Source: Octopus vulgaris (taxonomy: Eukaryota). From it: a DNA stretch of 64,000 bases. The notes below the pieces were generated by a model. It had not been told where the DNA came from. It made no database searches and worked only from the letters and a program-made list of their open reading frames with translations. The stretch is from contig OX597830.1 in NCBI GenBank assembly GCA_951406725.2, positions 77,624,001 through 77,688,000 on the forward strand. The letters are read 5' to 3'. Shown piece by piece: positions 12,353 through 24,475 of the stretch (position 1 is the first letter of the stretch; every line of letters starts with the position of its first letter). The position numbers were made by a program, and so were the translations under genes.

Positions 12353-13029
12353 GGATCTCTTCTGTTTAGCTGTCACTTTTCAATTACTCGAAAATTTCTT
12401 CAATTTTATTCCAATTGATTATGGACATGAAATTTATTTTCGCCATAAGTCAATAACTAAACAGTTAATAACTTTTAAAATTTGCAAATATGGAGTGGTT
12501 TTAGCCAATCGAAGGCCACATACATATAGGTATCTGTTTCCATAGTAACAAGCCAAGCGTTGGAAAAGCGTTCATGAAAAACCACCTATTTACAAACTCA
12601 TATTTTACACTGTTTTTCGGTTTGTGTCCATCTTTATCTGCTCTTAAAATTACAAAATGTGTTGTTTACTTTTTTATTATGCGTATTGAATACGTAAAAC
12701 AGCAAAACATGTGGTGTTTACTCGTATATTTTTCTTTGCATATTTTGATTATTCAATGCTTAAAACACATGCTATCGTCGCAATGTTGATATTATTGTTT
12801 TGTCGTTTTCCGATTGCAGTCAAGTACAAATGACAGCTTCCAAATCATGTTTTCTAACTGGGTAAAAATTATCAAACTTTAAGCCACTGTAACTTTGTTT
12901 TGTTTTTATTTTCTGGAATAAGTGAATTACAGCCTGAGTTTCAGCGTGGAAAATTACATCAATACATCAAATTTGAAAATTTTCACAAAATTTTGAAATT
13001 TCAAAAACTGAAGCCAAGCAGAAAAGATC
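12353..13029. mobile_element. Putative non-autonomous DNA transposon with imperfect terminal inverted repeats
   Basis: ggatctcttctgtttagct versus agccaagcagaaaagatct (15/19 inverted match); left part repeated at 13440-13670. Confidence 0.5.
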
Positions 13030-13039
13030 TTTGTTTCAA

Positions 13040-13420
13040 ATTTTCGTACAAGGCCGGTAATCTTGGCGAAGGATGCAAGTCGATTGCATCGACCAGTTCA
13101 AAGCTGTTTCAATTGGCACTTATTATATCGACCCCAAAAGGCTGAAAAGCAAGATGACCTCGGCGGAATTTGAACTCAGAACATGAAGACAGATGAACTG
13201 TCGCTAAGCATTTTACTCGACGCCCTATTTTTATTCTTAATTTTGCTGCTGCTAGAGAAGCAGGTAGGCAGGATCGTTTGTACACCGGACAATATGCTTA
13301 GCAACAATTTCTTCAGTTTTTAGGTTCTGAGTTCAAATTCCACCAAGGTTGACTTCACTTTTCATCCTTTCAGTTTCGATGAAATAAGTACCAGTTATGC
13401 ACTGGGATCCATATAATCGA
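13040..13420. mobile_element. Two diverged SINE B copies, head to head (- then +)
   Basis: ctcggcggaatttgaactcagaac (minus-strand copy) and ttctgagttcaaattccaccaaggttgac (plus-strand copy). Confidence 0.65.
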
Positions 13421-13439
13421 CTTTTCTGGATTTGGATCT

Positions 13440-13670
13440 GGATCTTTTCTATTTCGTTGTCACTTTTCAATTCCGTCAATTTGTTTCAATTTATTTCAAA
13501 TTTGGTGTATTGATGTAGTTTTGTATGCTAATTATGGAAATGAAATTCGTTTTTGCCTTAAATTAATAAATAAATAGTTAATAACCTTTAAAATTTGCAA
13601 ATTCTGGGTAATTTTAGCTAATCTGGAGCCACGGACATATTGATACCTGTTTCCACTGAAACAAGCCAAG
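13440..13670 (+). repeat. Second copy of the left end of the 12353 element
   Basis: Shared tgtcacttttcaatt, agttaataac.tttaaaatttgcaaat, ctgtttcca...aacaagccaagc. Confidence 0.6.
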
Positions 13671-14052
13671 CTGATGTGTAAAGTACTCGCCCGTCTTGCC
13701 AGTTCATGTAATACTTCCTATAAGATGAAAAAGTTGAAAAACGAGGAGGATACGGTTGATCGGGTAGAGTTATGATCAAAAGGAGCATTCAAATGCTGAA
13801 TGCCCCACAGTTTTCGAGTTATCTACGACTCCCATACTCTACTATGTCCTTCCTCATTGTATGATGCTAATGTATTCTTTGGGAGGAGATTTGGTTGCCA
13901 TTTCCAGCAGTTCGATCGTTACATGAACTGGACTACAGTTTGTTTCTTCGTAATTTAACGTTCTCGCTACAAAATATGTATTGTTTGCATAGACTGAACT
14001 AGGTATATTTATTTTATTTTTTTGTAATTTCATGTTTAGATTTTTTTTTTTT

Positions 14053-14345
14053 CAGTTCTATATTTAAGAGATGAGGAATTATGTACATTATTTACATTCG
14101 ATGTTCTCATTTTGTTTGTTGTTAACACAACGTTTTGGCTGATACACCCTCCAGCCTTCTTCAGGTGTCTTGGGGAAATTTCGAACCTGGGTTCTCATTC
14201 CTAAGGTATTTTCGATGTTATTCTTATTATTATTATTGTTGTTGTTGTTGTTATTATTATCATAGTATTCAGGTCACTGCTTGGAATCGAACTCGGAATC
14301 TTGAGGTTAGTAGCCCGCGCTCTTAACCACTACGCCATATGCTCG
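14053..14345 (-). mobile_element. Family H: tRNA-headed SINE-like element carrying a Penelope-type minimal hammerhead motif (14125-14168)
   Basis: Minus strand tggcgtagtggttaagagcgcgggctactaacctcaagattccgagttcgattcc (A and B boxes), (AAT/AAC)n, then acac-CTGAAGA-a-ggctg..cagcc-AAAA-cgtt-gtgt. Confidence 0.75.
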
Positions 14346-14549
14346 TGAGCATATGTTTTTTTTTTGCTTTGTTTTGTAATATAACGTTCAGTTAGTGTGT
14401 GTGTTTGTGTGTAAACAAACATTTGTTTTGTTTTTAGAAGCGTCGAATGTGTATCGTATTATACAGACAAGAAGGTAATATTTCGAACAGAGTATAGTCG
14501 TGAAATAACACCCGATCTTTCTGCCTTTTCACGGCTATACTGCGTTCGA

Positions 14550-14550
14550 A

Positions 14551-14622
<72 letters not shown>

Positions 14623-14651
14623 GTCTATCTATCTATCTATCTATCTGTCTG

Positions 14652-14716
<65 letters not shown>

Positions 14717-14748
14717 ACGTATACATACGCATATATATATATATGAAT

Positions 14749-14790
<42 letters not shown>
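14550..14790. repeat. (ATCT)n / (CT)n / (GA)n compound microsatellite
   Basis: Seen directly. Confidence 0.95.
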
Positions 14791-14792
<2 letters not shown>

Positions 14793-14829
14793 ATAATATC
14801 TGTATATACGTATATAGCTATTAAAAAAT

Positions 14830-15005
14830 GGAGGAACGTGACAAACACAAACTCACACACACTCACATACATATATAAATGACGGGCTTCTTTCAGTTAC
14901 CGTCGACCAAATCTATTCACGATGACTTATTTGGTCGGCCTGAAGGCGTAGTAGAAGACACTTGCTTCAGGTTCCACACAGTAGGACTGAACCTGGATTT
15001 GGAAG
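14830..15005 (-). mobile_element. SINE family A, partial
   Basis: gacgggcttctttcagttaccgtcgaccaaatc...gtagaagacacttgc is the reverse complement of the family A head. Confidence 0.7.
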
Positions 15006-15063
15006 AGAACTTTTAGCATTTTTATATATGTGCGTGTTGAGGGAGCATGAATATATGAATGTA

Positions 15064-15154
<91 letters not shown>

Positions 15155-15183
15155 CTATATATACATACACATAAATAATCATT

Positions 15184-15235
<52 letters not shown>

Positions 15236-15754
15236 ACACACACACACACACATATATGTTGCGAGTGTATTTGTTTATACACGCATATTTCCAAATTTGT
15301 GAACTCAGATATCCATCCATACATATATTTATCTCTTCACCCTATGTTATCTATTCACGTATCTACGCATTCATGCTACACAAACACACACACACATACA
15401 CACACACGCGCACACATACATACATGCTCATACTCACGCTCACACACACACATTTACACAGTCATTTAGCCACTACAAGTCCACAACCACTCTTTGTCGC
15501 TATCAACCTTTTTCACAATAAGACCAGACTGCTCATTGGGTATTTTGCTAAGTAACTTGTTTGTGTTTCACGAGAGTTAACATATAGCAAGCGATAAGAT
15601 CAGGACGGAAAATACATAAATAAAATGAGAAAAAAAAAAACACACGAAAAGGATTGCAAAAAAAGAAAACCCCCAACAGCAACAACATCAACAACGAAAA
15701 GAAAGACTCCAACTGTGTAAGTTAAAGATATCATACAGACTACCTCTGAGCTTA

Positions 15755-15870
15755 AATAATGAAATAAGGTAGGCGGCAAAGCAGAACCTTGCGGCACTCT
15801 GCTGTGATCGTCGACCCGTGACGGAGGCTTCCCTACCATTTAGAAGCGTTTTAAAGTCGGCGGAAAGATC
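15755..15870 (-). pseudogene. Small non-LTR reverse-transcriptase remnant
   Basis: SRVPQGSALPPTLF matches the GVPQGSxLxPxLF RT motif; preceded in another frame by LNGREASV. Confidence 0.6.
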
Positions 15871-16509
15871 AAACTCTTTCTGACCGTCACTTTTGTTCGC
15901 TCTAAATATACATCACATTTACTCCTCCCCAGTCGTTTCATTCAACAACCACACCGCCGCCACAACATCCCCTACCACCCCTTTCTGACTCGCCTCAGCT
16001 CCCTTCATACCCGAACATTCATCGCTCGTCTTCATTCGTTTCCTTTTCTTTTCTGTGTTTTATTTATGTTCCGCGTATTTTTTTTTTTGTACATTAACCC
16101 TCTCCCTCTTCCTATCCCCGAACTTCCCCCTCCTGTTCTTCCCCCCTCCTTTCTACTCTTTCCCTGGCCCTCGAATCCTTATCTACGTCCGATCCTTCCT
16201 AGCCCTTTCTTTCTCCTTCTCCAACCATCACATACATATTCATGTTCTCAACTCACTCACCATCTCTTCCTGTTGCCTCTAACCCACCCCCATCTTTCTC
16301 TCCTACTCTCTATCTTTCCCTCTTTCTCTCACAATCACTCACTCACCCTCCTTGAGTGAAGCACTCCTATGAGTACATCTCTTCTCGATCTCAGTGAAAA
16401 CTACTGAAGCGAACCCGTTAAACCACCTTGAAATCCAAATTGGTAGCGCTTTTCTTCATGCTAATTTCTCCTACTACCGTTCATGTCTTTTGGCGTGTTC
16501 AATATCGTG

Positions 16510-16900
16510 TACATATATATGTATGTATATATGTATGCATGTATGTATGTATGTATGCATGTATGTATGTATGTATGTATGTATATATGTATGTATGCGT
16601 GTATGTATGTTTGTATATATGCTTGTATGTATGTATGGGTGTATGGATGTATGTATGTAAGTATGTATGTATGTATGCATGTATGTATGTATGTATGCAT
16701 GCATGTATGTATGTATGCGTGTATGTATGTATGTATATATGCTTGTATGTATGGATGGATGGATGGATGTATGCATGCATGTATGTATGCTTGTATGTAT
16801 GTATGTATGTATGTTTGTATTACGTATGTGTGTGTATTATGAATGTGTGTACGTACGTAGGTACGTATGTATTTGTGTATGTATGTAGGTGCGTATGTAT
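16510..16900. repeat. Degenerate (ATGT)n array
   Basis: Seen directly. Confidence 0.95.
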
Positions 16901-17092
16901 GTGTAGTTGTGCATGTGTGTGTGTGTATATATATATATATATACACATACACACATACATAGGTTTATATAATATATGTGTTCTTCTATGTATGCATGTG
17001 TATATAAATATATATGTATATGCATGTATATCTATCTATCTATCGATATAGGGAAAATTCGCAAAAAAAAGACGAAGACAGTTGGTGTTGCC

Positions 17093-17125
<33 letters not shown>

Positions 17126-17192
17126 CATATTCAAATACATAGACTGACTGATAGATAAAGAGAGAGTAATGGATGAATGGATGGACAGAGAA

Positions 17193-17272
<80 letters not shown>

Positions 17273-17501
17273 AGATAGATAGATATGTATAGCATGATTA
17301 TACTGTATACACATATGCTATCATAAGTGCTTGTATGTGTGTGCAGCCATTATGTGTAAATACTATACACGCGTATATCGAGAACTTCAGAATTTCAATA
17401 CGGTTTGCATAAAAAAATTCGTGGACATGTTACTCGCCCAAATGAAGAAGATTAACTTATTTCACTTCGCCATTTTTAGAGTAATTATCACACACACACT
17501 C

Positions 17502-17533
<32 letters not shown>

Positions 17534-17599
17534 TTACGCATTCACACACTCACACACACTCATACACACACACACACATATACACACATGTATTCTTTT

Positions 17600-18085
17600 A
17601 TTCGTTTGAGTCAGTAGACTACGCCCATGCTGGAAGAAAATTAGTTGAGCGAGTCAACCCCAGCACATTTCTTCGCGAACTGCTATGGAACACGTGGAGC
17701 TTCTTTGCTTTGGTTACTATAGAAACAGATTTCTTCGCCACGGTGATGTCTAAAATACTCGCTTCTGATTGGCTAAAATAACCAAATTTTGTATAAATTT
17801 TAAAGGCTAATAACTTTTTTATTCTATCGGTCATTTTTGCCGAGCGGCTAAGCTAAGAAGACGCAAACACACCAACACCGGTTGTCAAGCGTGGTGGGTG
17901 GAGAATAAACTTACACACACGCGCAATGTATATACGACAGGTTTCTTTCAGTTTTCATCTACCAAGATCATTTACAAGGCTTTGGTCGGCTCAGGGCAGT
18001 AGAAAAAGATACTTGCTCAAGATGCTAAACCCTGAACCCTGTTGTTGGGAAGAAAACCTCTTACCACAAAGTCACGCCTGCACCT
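17600..18085 (-). mobile_element. Diverged SINE family A with an internal insertion
   Basis: tttgccgagcggctaag, acaccggttgtcaagc, acgacaggtttctttcagttt. Confidence 0.6.
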
Positions 18086-18534
18086 ATATAATTTTTTATT
18101 CGCTCCAGTCAATAACCTTTGGCGATCAGTATCACTCTTGAACAGTTTCCGCCGAACAAATCAACCCAGTTACTTACTTATTCAAGTCTATCGAAGTCTT
18201 TGCTGAAACGCTAAGTTACAATTACGTACACAAAACAACACCGATTGTCAAACGGGAGTGGCACACACGCTAATACTATGACAAACGCACACATGCACAT
18301 ATACCGTGACCGTTAGCTACACGTGTGCTCCTCTCTCCATTTCACTTTCCATACGTTTTTATCCTTGTCCATTTTTTGAAAAGGTGTTTATACTCGAAAC
18401 ATAAAAGATTTCTCCTGAGCATGAAACTATATACACAGTGTTTCTTATTTTTTTTTATTTCCCACGTGTTCCTGTTATATATTTTTGCACCATATCTATC
18501 TAACTATCTATCTACCTATTTCAATATGTAGCCG

Positions 18535-18730
18535 CGTGTGTATCGTTGGCGATTTTTTCCTCCGTCTTCCCTTCCTTGGATCTTTCCTTTTCGTATGTTT
18601 CTGACAAAGAGCTCCGCTTGAAACGTTAAATCCTCCTTCTTTCTTTCCTTTCCTGGGCGTCCAATAAAACTATACTTGTTCCATGTCCTCGCGTTGTTGT
18701 GTTTTCTCTTTGTTAATGCTTGGATTAACT
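18535..18730 (+). mobile_element. Penelope-type pLTR-like repeat with degenerate hammerhead motif (18597-18631)
   Basis: gttt-CTGACAA-a-gagc-tcc-gctt-GAAA-cgtt-aaat; second copy at 54971-55180. Confidence 0.65.
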
Positions 18731-18731
18731 A

Positions 18732-18797
<66 letters not shown>

Positions 18798-18859
18798 CCT
18801 ATCTATCTATCCATGTATCCATCTATTTATCTATCTATCTGTATATGTGTATGTATATG

Positions 18860-19130
18860 CTCCGACGCATAATTCTCAGAGTCTTCCGGCGGCTCATGTC
18901 CTCCACCTCCACCTTGCACATCTTCCCTAATTTACCACCCTCCCCACACCAAGCTCTCCATCCCCTACTCCCAATTCCTCCCTCTACGTTGGCTCTGCAT
19001 TGACGACCATGACTTTCAGACTCAGTCTAAACTCATAGCTTGCCACTTAATCCTACATCAATGTCCCCCTCACCATTATCCACACTGCCCTTGCCTGGGC
19101 ACGATCTGTGCACCGTGCCTCTGCTCCTTC
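18860..19130 (+). pseudogene. Penelope-like element RT thumb-region fragment
   Basis: From 18936 reads HPPHTKLSIPYSQFLPLRWLCIDDHDFQTQ, cf. PLE motif HP.H.K.SIPYSQFLRLRRLCS...DF; frameshifted continuation IIHTALAWARSVHR. Confidence 0.8.
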
Positions 19131-19201
19131 TCCTCGCACTCGCCCCACCCTCACCCCGTCTCCCGGGTATATATATATATATATATGTACATATACATAT
19201 A

Positions 19202-19237
<36 letters not shown>

Positions 19238-19239
<2 letters not shown>

Positions 19240-19390
19240 CGACAGGTTTCTTTCAGTTTTCGTCTACTAAATCCACTCACCCACTCACAAGGGTTTGATC
19301 GACCCGAGACTATACTAGAAGACACTTGCGGAACGAGCCCCGCTGTGGGACTGAACTCGGAATCATGTGGTTGAGAAGCAAACTTCTTAC
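19238..19390 (-). mobile_element. SINE family A head
   Basis: Reverse complement of the 8378-8540 head. Confidence 0.75.
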
Positions 19391-19412
19391 CTCATATATA
19401 TATATATATATG

Positions 19413-19890
19413 TTACTTTATTAGCCACACAGGGTTGCACACAGACGGGACAGAATACAAAGTAGAGCTTTTCTTTTTGGGGAGAAAAAAAAAGTGGGGT
19501 AGGTTTTCGATCAAAAGGGATCGTGTATCACAGAAATGTCATGATGTAAAGTGTAAAGGGGGAAGCAGATAAGGCTTATTCGTGGAAAGAAAAGCCTACG
19601 GAAAAGACCATGGTAACCTTGGTCAATAATGTCACATGTTAACACATTTGTTTGCGAGTAGGTAACCCTCTGTTTTAAATTTTCCGGGTTCATAGGATTA
19701 CGCTCAAGGTGGCTTCGTCATTCATACGTGGCATCCTTGCTACATTCACCCATCTTTTTTTAAAACACTCACTAGGCAAAACTTGCCTCTCTACTCTCAC
19801 TTTCCTTTTCAAGTGATACTTGCAGAAGTTGATGAGACATTGACCAGAGAGGAAAGTGTGTCTCGAATCCTTTCAGACGCGTCCACCATA
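19413..19890 (-). mobile_element. 3' end of a LINE (possibly L1/Tx1 group): frameshifted ORF C-terminus and 3' UTR
   Basis: Minus strand WWTRLKG / [31 protein letters not shown] / KRWVNVARM, then UTR ending in AATAAA; flanked by (TA)n; clade assignment from memory only. Confidence 0.5.
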
Positions 19891-19898
19891 TATATATG

Positions 19899-19938
<40 letters not shown>

Positions 19939-20107
19939 AACATATATGCATACATATGAGCATACACACACAGATATATAGATATCGTAGAACTCCAGTA
20001 TAACTGCGTCTAATGACGTAACGTAGTAGATATATACAATATATTTTCATTCTTCTATTTATATATATATATATATACATATACATACATACATACATAT
20101 ATATATG

Positions 20108-20163
<56 letters not shown>

Positions 20164-20607
20164 CATATGTGTGTGCGTGCGTACGTGTGTGTGTGTGTAT
20201 GTGTGTGCGTGCGTGTGTGTGTGTGTCTGTGTGTGCTAGTGTGTGCGTCTGTGTGTACATATTCTTCTATTTTATACAAATCACCGCTTCTCAACTTACG
20301 ACGCCTCTCATATACCCTCAACTCGCCAGTCCATGCTTCCATGCACCCGCTTACGTTGTAGTCTATATATTCCTATCCACCCGTAAAAAGCTGGTTAACT
20401 ACCCGCTCATCTACTATTCTTTGCTTACTTCTACGTACAATGTTTGCTACCCGCTTTCCTGTGGCGATTACGGGTGACTGACTAGAGGTCAATATATGTA
20501 AATTTACATTGATATAGAAGTCTGGTGATCAGGATCGAATCACATCAGATCTAAGCAGGAATGCAAGGTGAGAGAAAAGACAAAAAAATGAATGATAAAT
20601 AGGAGCA

Positions 20608-20650
<43 letters not shown>

Positions 20651-20947
20651 GAAGAAAGAAAGAAAGAAGCAAAGCAAGAGTAAAATCAAATTTTCGGAGT
20701 TTAGAACCCGACATCCTGTTCATTGGCCCATATTACACCTTCCTATGTATACTTTATGTATGTGTGTTTGCTTCTACGAAATCATGTATGCTTGTATGTA
20801 TACATACATGTGAGGAAACATAAGCACGCGCGTAAGCGCACGCACAGAGAAACACAGAAGCACACGCACGCATACAGAAACACACGCACACACATACACA
20901 CATGCATATTAAATGCAAATGTATGTATACATATGTACATGGTGATA

Positions 20948-21095
20948 GGCGCAGGGAGTGGCTGTGTTGTAAGTAGCTTGCTTACCAACCACATGGTTCC
21001 GGGTTCAGTCCCACTGCGTGGCACCTTGGCCAAGTGTCTTCTACTATAGCTTCGGGCCGACCAAAGCCTTGTGAGTGGATTTGGTAGACGGAAAC
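20948..21095 (+). mobile_element. SINE family A head
   Basis: Near-identical to 8378-8525. Confidence 0.85.
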
Positions 21096-21096
21096 T

Positions 21097-22480
21097 AGCG
21101 AGCTAGCAGAATCGTTAGCACGTACAAAAAGCTTAGCAACATTTCGCTTGTCTTTACGTTCTGATTTCAAATTCTGATGAGGTCGACTTTGCCTTTCATC
21201 CTTTCGGGGTCGATAAATTAAGTACCAGTTACCCTCTGGAGTCGATATAATCGATTTACTCCCACCCCCGAAATTGCTGGTCTTGTACCAAAACTTTGAA
21301 ACTATTAGTGTTAGTATTATCATTGTGTAATTGGCATACTATCAGATTTGTTAGCAAGCCGAACAAAATTCTAAATGGCATTCTCTCCGACTCTTTCCAT
21401 TCTGATTTAAAATCATGCTGAGATCAAAGTTGCTCTTCATCTTTTTCGGGGTCGATAAAATAAAGTACCCGTCAAATAATGACATCGATATAATATACTT
21501 GCACCTCCTCTCAACATTGCTGGCTTTGTATGAAAAATAGAAAGGATTATTATTATTGTGGTTTTTGATTTAGATACAAAGCTAGAAATTTTGAAGGAAA
21601 GACCCAAGTTCGACAAAAATACAATATTAATCTAGTACTCGTATCGAAGGAATCCATTAACTCCTTGGGCTCAAAATTACTGGCCCTGTGCTTACAAGTC
21701 AGCAAGCGGGCAGAATCGTTAGCGCATCGTGCAAAATTCTCTCTGGCGTTTCTTTCGACTCTTTTACGTTTTGAATTCAAATTCCGCCAAAACAAACTTT
21801 GACTTTCATCCTTGCTGGTCGCTAAAATATCGTACCAGTCAAGTACTGTGTTCAATGCAATTGACACCAATGCAATTGCCACCTTCCCTCAAAAATTCCT
21901 GGCCTTAGAAGAAATTATAAGGCGGCGAGCTGGTAGAATTATTAGTGCGTGGGACAATATACTTAGCGACATTTCTTCCGATTCTTTACGTTCTGAATTC
22001 AATTCCCGTCATGGTCAGCTTTGTTTTTCATCTTTTCAGGGTCATTAAATAAAGTACCAGTTTAGAATTTGAGCCGAGAAATTTGACTAACCCACTTCTC
22101 CTAGAGTGGAGGTAACATGGCCTAGTGGTTAGAGCAGCTGACTCGCGGTCGAGTGATCACGGGTTCGAATCTGAGACCGGGCGATGTGTGCGTTTATGAG
22201 CGAAACACCTAAGCTCCACGCTGCTCCGGCAGAAGGTAATGGCGAACTTCTGCTGACTCTTTCGCCACAACATTCTCTCACTCTTTCCTCCTGCATCTTG
22301 CAGCTCACCTGCGACGGACCGGCGTCCCGTCCAGGTGGGGAACCTATACGCCAATGAAACCAGGAAACCGGCTCTTATGAGCCAGGTATGGCTCGGGAAG
22401 GAACAAAACAACAACAACAACAACAACAACAACACTTCCCTCTACAATTGCTAGCCTTGTGTCAAAATTCGAAAGAATTA
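21097..22480 (+). mobile_element. Cluster of four to five old SINE B copies, mostly head to tail
   Basis: Recurrent gcagaatcgttagc, tctttacgttctga, ctttcatcctt..ggtcgataaa..gtaccag near 21100, 21340, 21705 and 21920. Confidence 0.7.
22106..22433 (+). mobile_element. Full-length SINE family D, type 1 (V-domain-like segment, (ACA)n tail), nested in a SINE B
   Basis: A box tggcctagtgg, B box gggttcgaatc; cctgcgacggaccggcgtcccgtccagg; closely matches 62943-63242. Confidence 0.85.
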
Positions 22481-22534
22481 TTATTACTCTGTTTATTGCT
22501 AAGATTGTTGTGCGTATTGGTGTTGTTATTACTG

Positions 22535-22740
22535 TTTAGTCCCTGGTCGAGCATATATATTTATGATCACAGTCGTTCCATCTATGGCCACTCGTCATTT
22601 TTCCAAATACTACGAACCCTAGTACCGCATCAAGTAACCTATCCATTTCTTCTTTAAAGACGACAGGGCGTGATTTGAGGGTGATTTAGCTGTCGTTTCT
22701 AAAAGAAAGAGTGACCACGCAAAAACTCCTTTATTGGTTC
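22535..22740 (+). repeat. Old interspersed repeat family E
   Basis: tttagtccctggtc...tatgatca... and atttagctgtcgtttcta motifs recur near 7596, 13890, 25665, 25945 and on the minus strand near 57560. Confidence 0.45.
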
Positions 22741-23394
22741 GTACTGTGACTATTGTTTTATGGGGTGTGAAAATAGATTTGGCATGCGGGGTTGAAATGA
22801 ACAGAATGTACGTGGACAGTTATATTTAAATGCGTTGCTGAGGGATAATTTTTGTGAGATATAACATACTAGATTAATTTTATTGGGTGCGGTAGAGAGG
22901 GCGCTATAAAGTCTTTAAAAAAGAATTTAAAAATTAGAATGTATGTATGTGCTGACATGCTGGATAAATTTTATTAGAAACTGGGAGGGTGGTTCATTTA
23001 AGCTGTCGGGAATCCCATATTGCTTTATGGCCATATGTATGTGGGCAATAAACTGTGATTCCATTTCGTGTAAAGTGGGAGGTGTTTGACAGTGGCACAG
23101 TGTTTTGTGATTGAATATTTGTGTATTGAGCAAATGCTGGAGTGACCGGTAGTGGCTGGAGAGGAACATTTCTTTAAAGTTTTGTATATAAGTATTACAG
23201 GTTAATAATTTTAGAAAGTGGGTTGTGCTTCTGTATTGAAAAATGGTCAGCAGCTGAGCATTTCTTTATTAAGGACAAAGAATCAAATCAGATCAGAGGT
23301 ACTCTTTTAAATCATAGGCAGGTAAGGGTGGTTTCCCGGATTTTGTGGCGTATATATTTCCATATCCTACACGGGACACAGATTCAATGCAAGG

Positions 23395-23543
23395 TTACTC
23401 ATTTTTACCTGCTGAGTAGACTGGAGCAACGTGAAACTAAGCGTTCTGTTTAAGGACACGACGAATCACCCGATCCCGGCATCGAAATCTCAATATTACG
23501 GTCATGAGTGCAACACTCTAACAACTAAGCCACGGGCGTCCAC
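23395..23543 (-). mobile_element. Old tRNA-headed SINE (family F) with CORE-like segment
   Basis: Minus strand gtggcttagttgttagagtg...ttcgatgcc...gtgtccttaaacagaacgcttagtttcacgttgctccagtctactcagc. Confidence 0.6.
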
Positions 23544-23699
23544 GTTTTCAAGGGTATGGGGTTATAATATTTGTGAGGTCTTGTGTAAATTAATATCGGT
23601 TATATTTTGTAAAAGCTCACTGAGAGTGAGATTTTGTGTGGGTTTATAATCGATAATTGGATATTATACATACATACACACATATAGTTATGTATGTAC

Positions 23700-23751
<52 letters not shown>

Positions 23752-23803
23752 ATATATATATATATGTATGTATGCATGTATGTATAAATATATATATATA
23801 TAT

Positions 23804-24228
23804 AACGTAAAGTATACTAGCCATCACAGTATGGCTAACCACTAAGGTGGGTGTTACTGTAGCTTTTAGCCCCAGGAAATCATCGTCTCCAGCTGGCTTT
23901 AGGCACACTTTCTGTGCCCTTATAGTATTTGCAAAGGGAGGTCATCCCTCTCTCGTAAACCTAAGCGATTCGCACGGACTGCAGTTTCGAGGTATTTGCC
24001 TCTTGTCCGTGCGTATCGCTTAGGTTTACGAGAGAGGGATGACCTCCCTTTGCAAATACCATAAGGACACAGAAAGTGTGCCTAAAGCCAGCTGGAGACG
24101 ATGATCTCCTGGGGCTAAAAGCTACAGTAACACCCACCCCTAGTGGTTAGCCATATTGAGATGGCTAGTATACTTTACGTTGTCGAGCAGTTACTGTTTA
24201 CATCTCGTTCAGAGAGTTATTATTGCTG
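23804..24228. mobile_element. Foldback element: ~176-bp inverted arms (23804-23979 and 24005-24181) plus a 47-bp extension; related to 55679-56090
   Basis: Arms are reverse complements with about 8 differences; 25-bp spacer; (TA)n on both sides. Confidence 0.9.
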
Positions 24229-24475
24229 TATATATATATTTAAACATAATCAAATAGGGTAATAAAATAAATTATTATTACCAGTGGCCTAGCACAAAAG
24301 ACGAATTAGTCATTAGACTATATATTTTTCGTATAGAAATATAATAAAAGGCTTCCAAATATAGCTGAGATGGTAAATGTTTTTAATTTTCATTCCTTTC
24401 ATGAATTTATCCCTTTTTGTGTTTCTAGCACTATGCTTCCTTATTTGGAAGCCTTTTATTATATATATATATATA

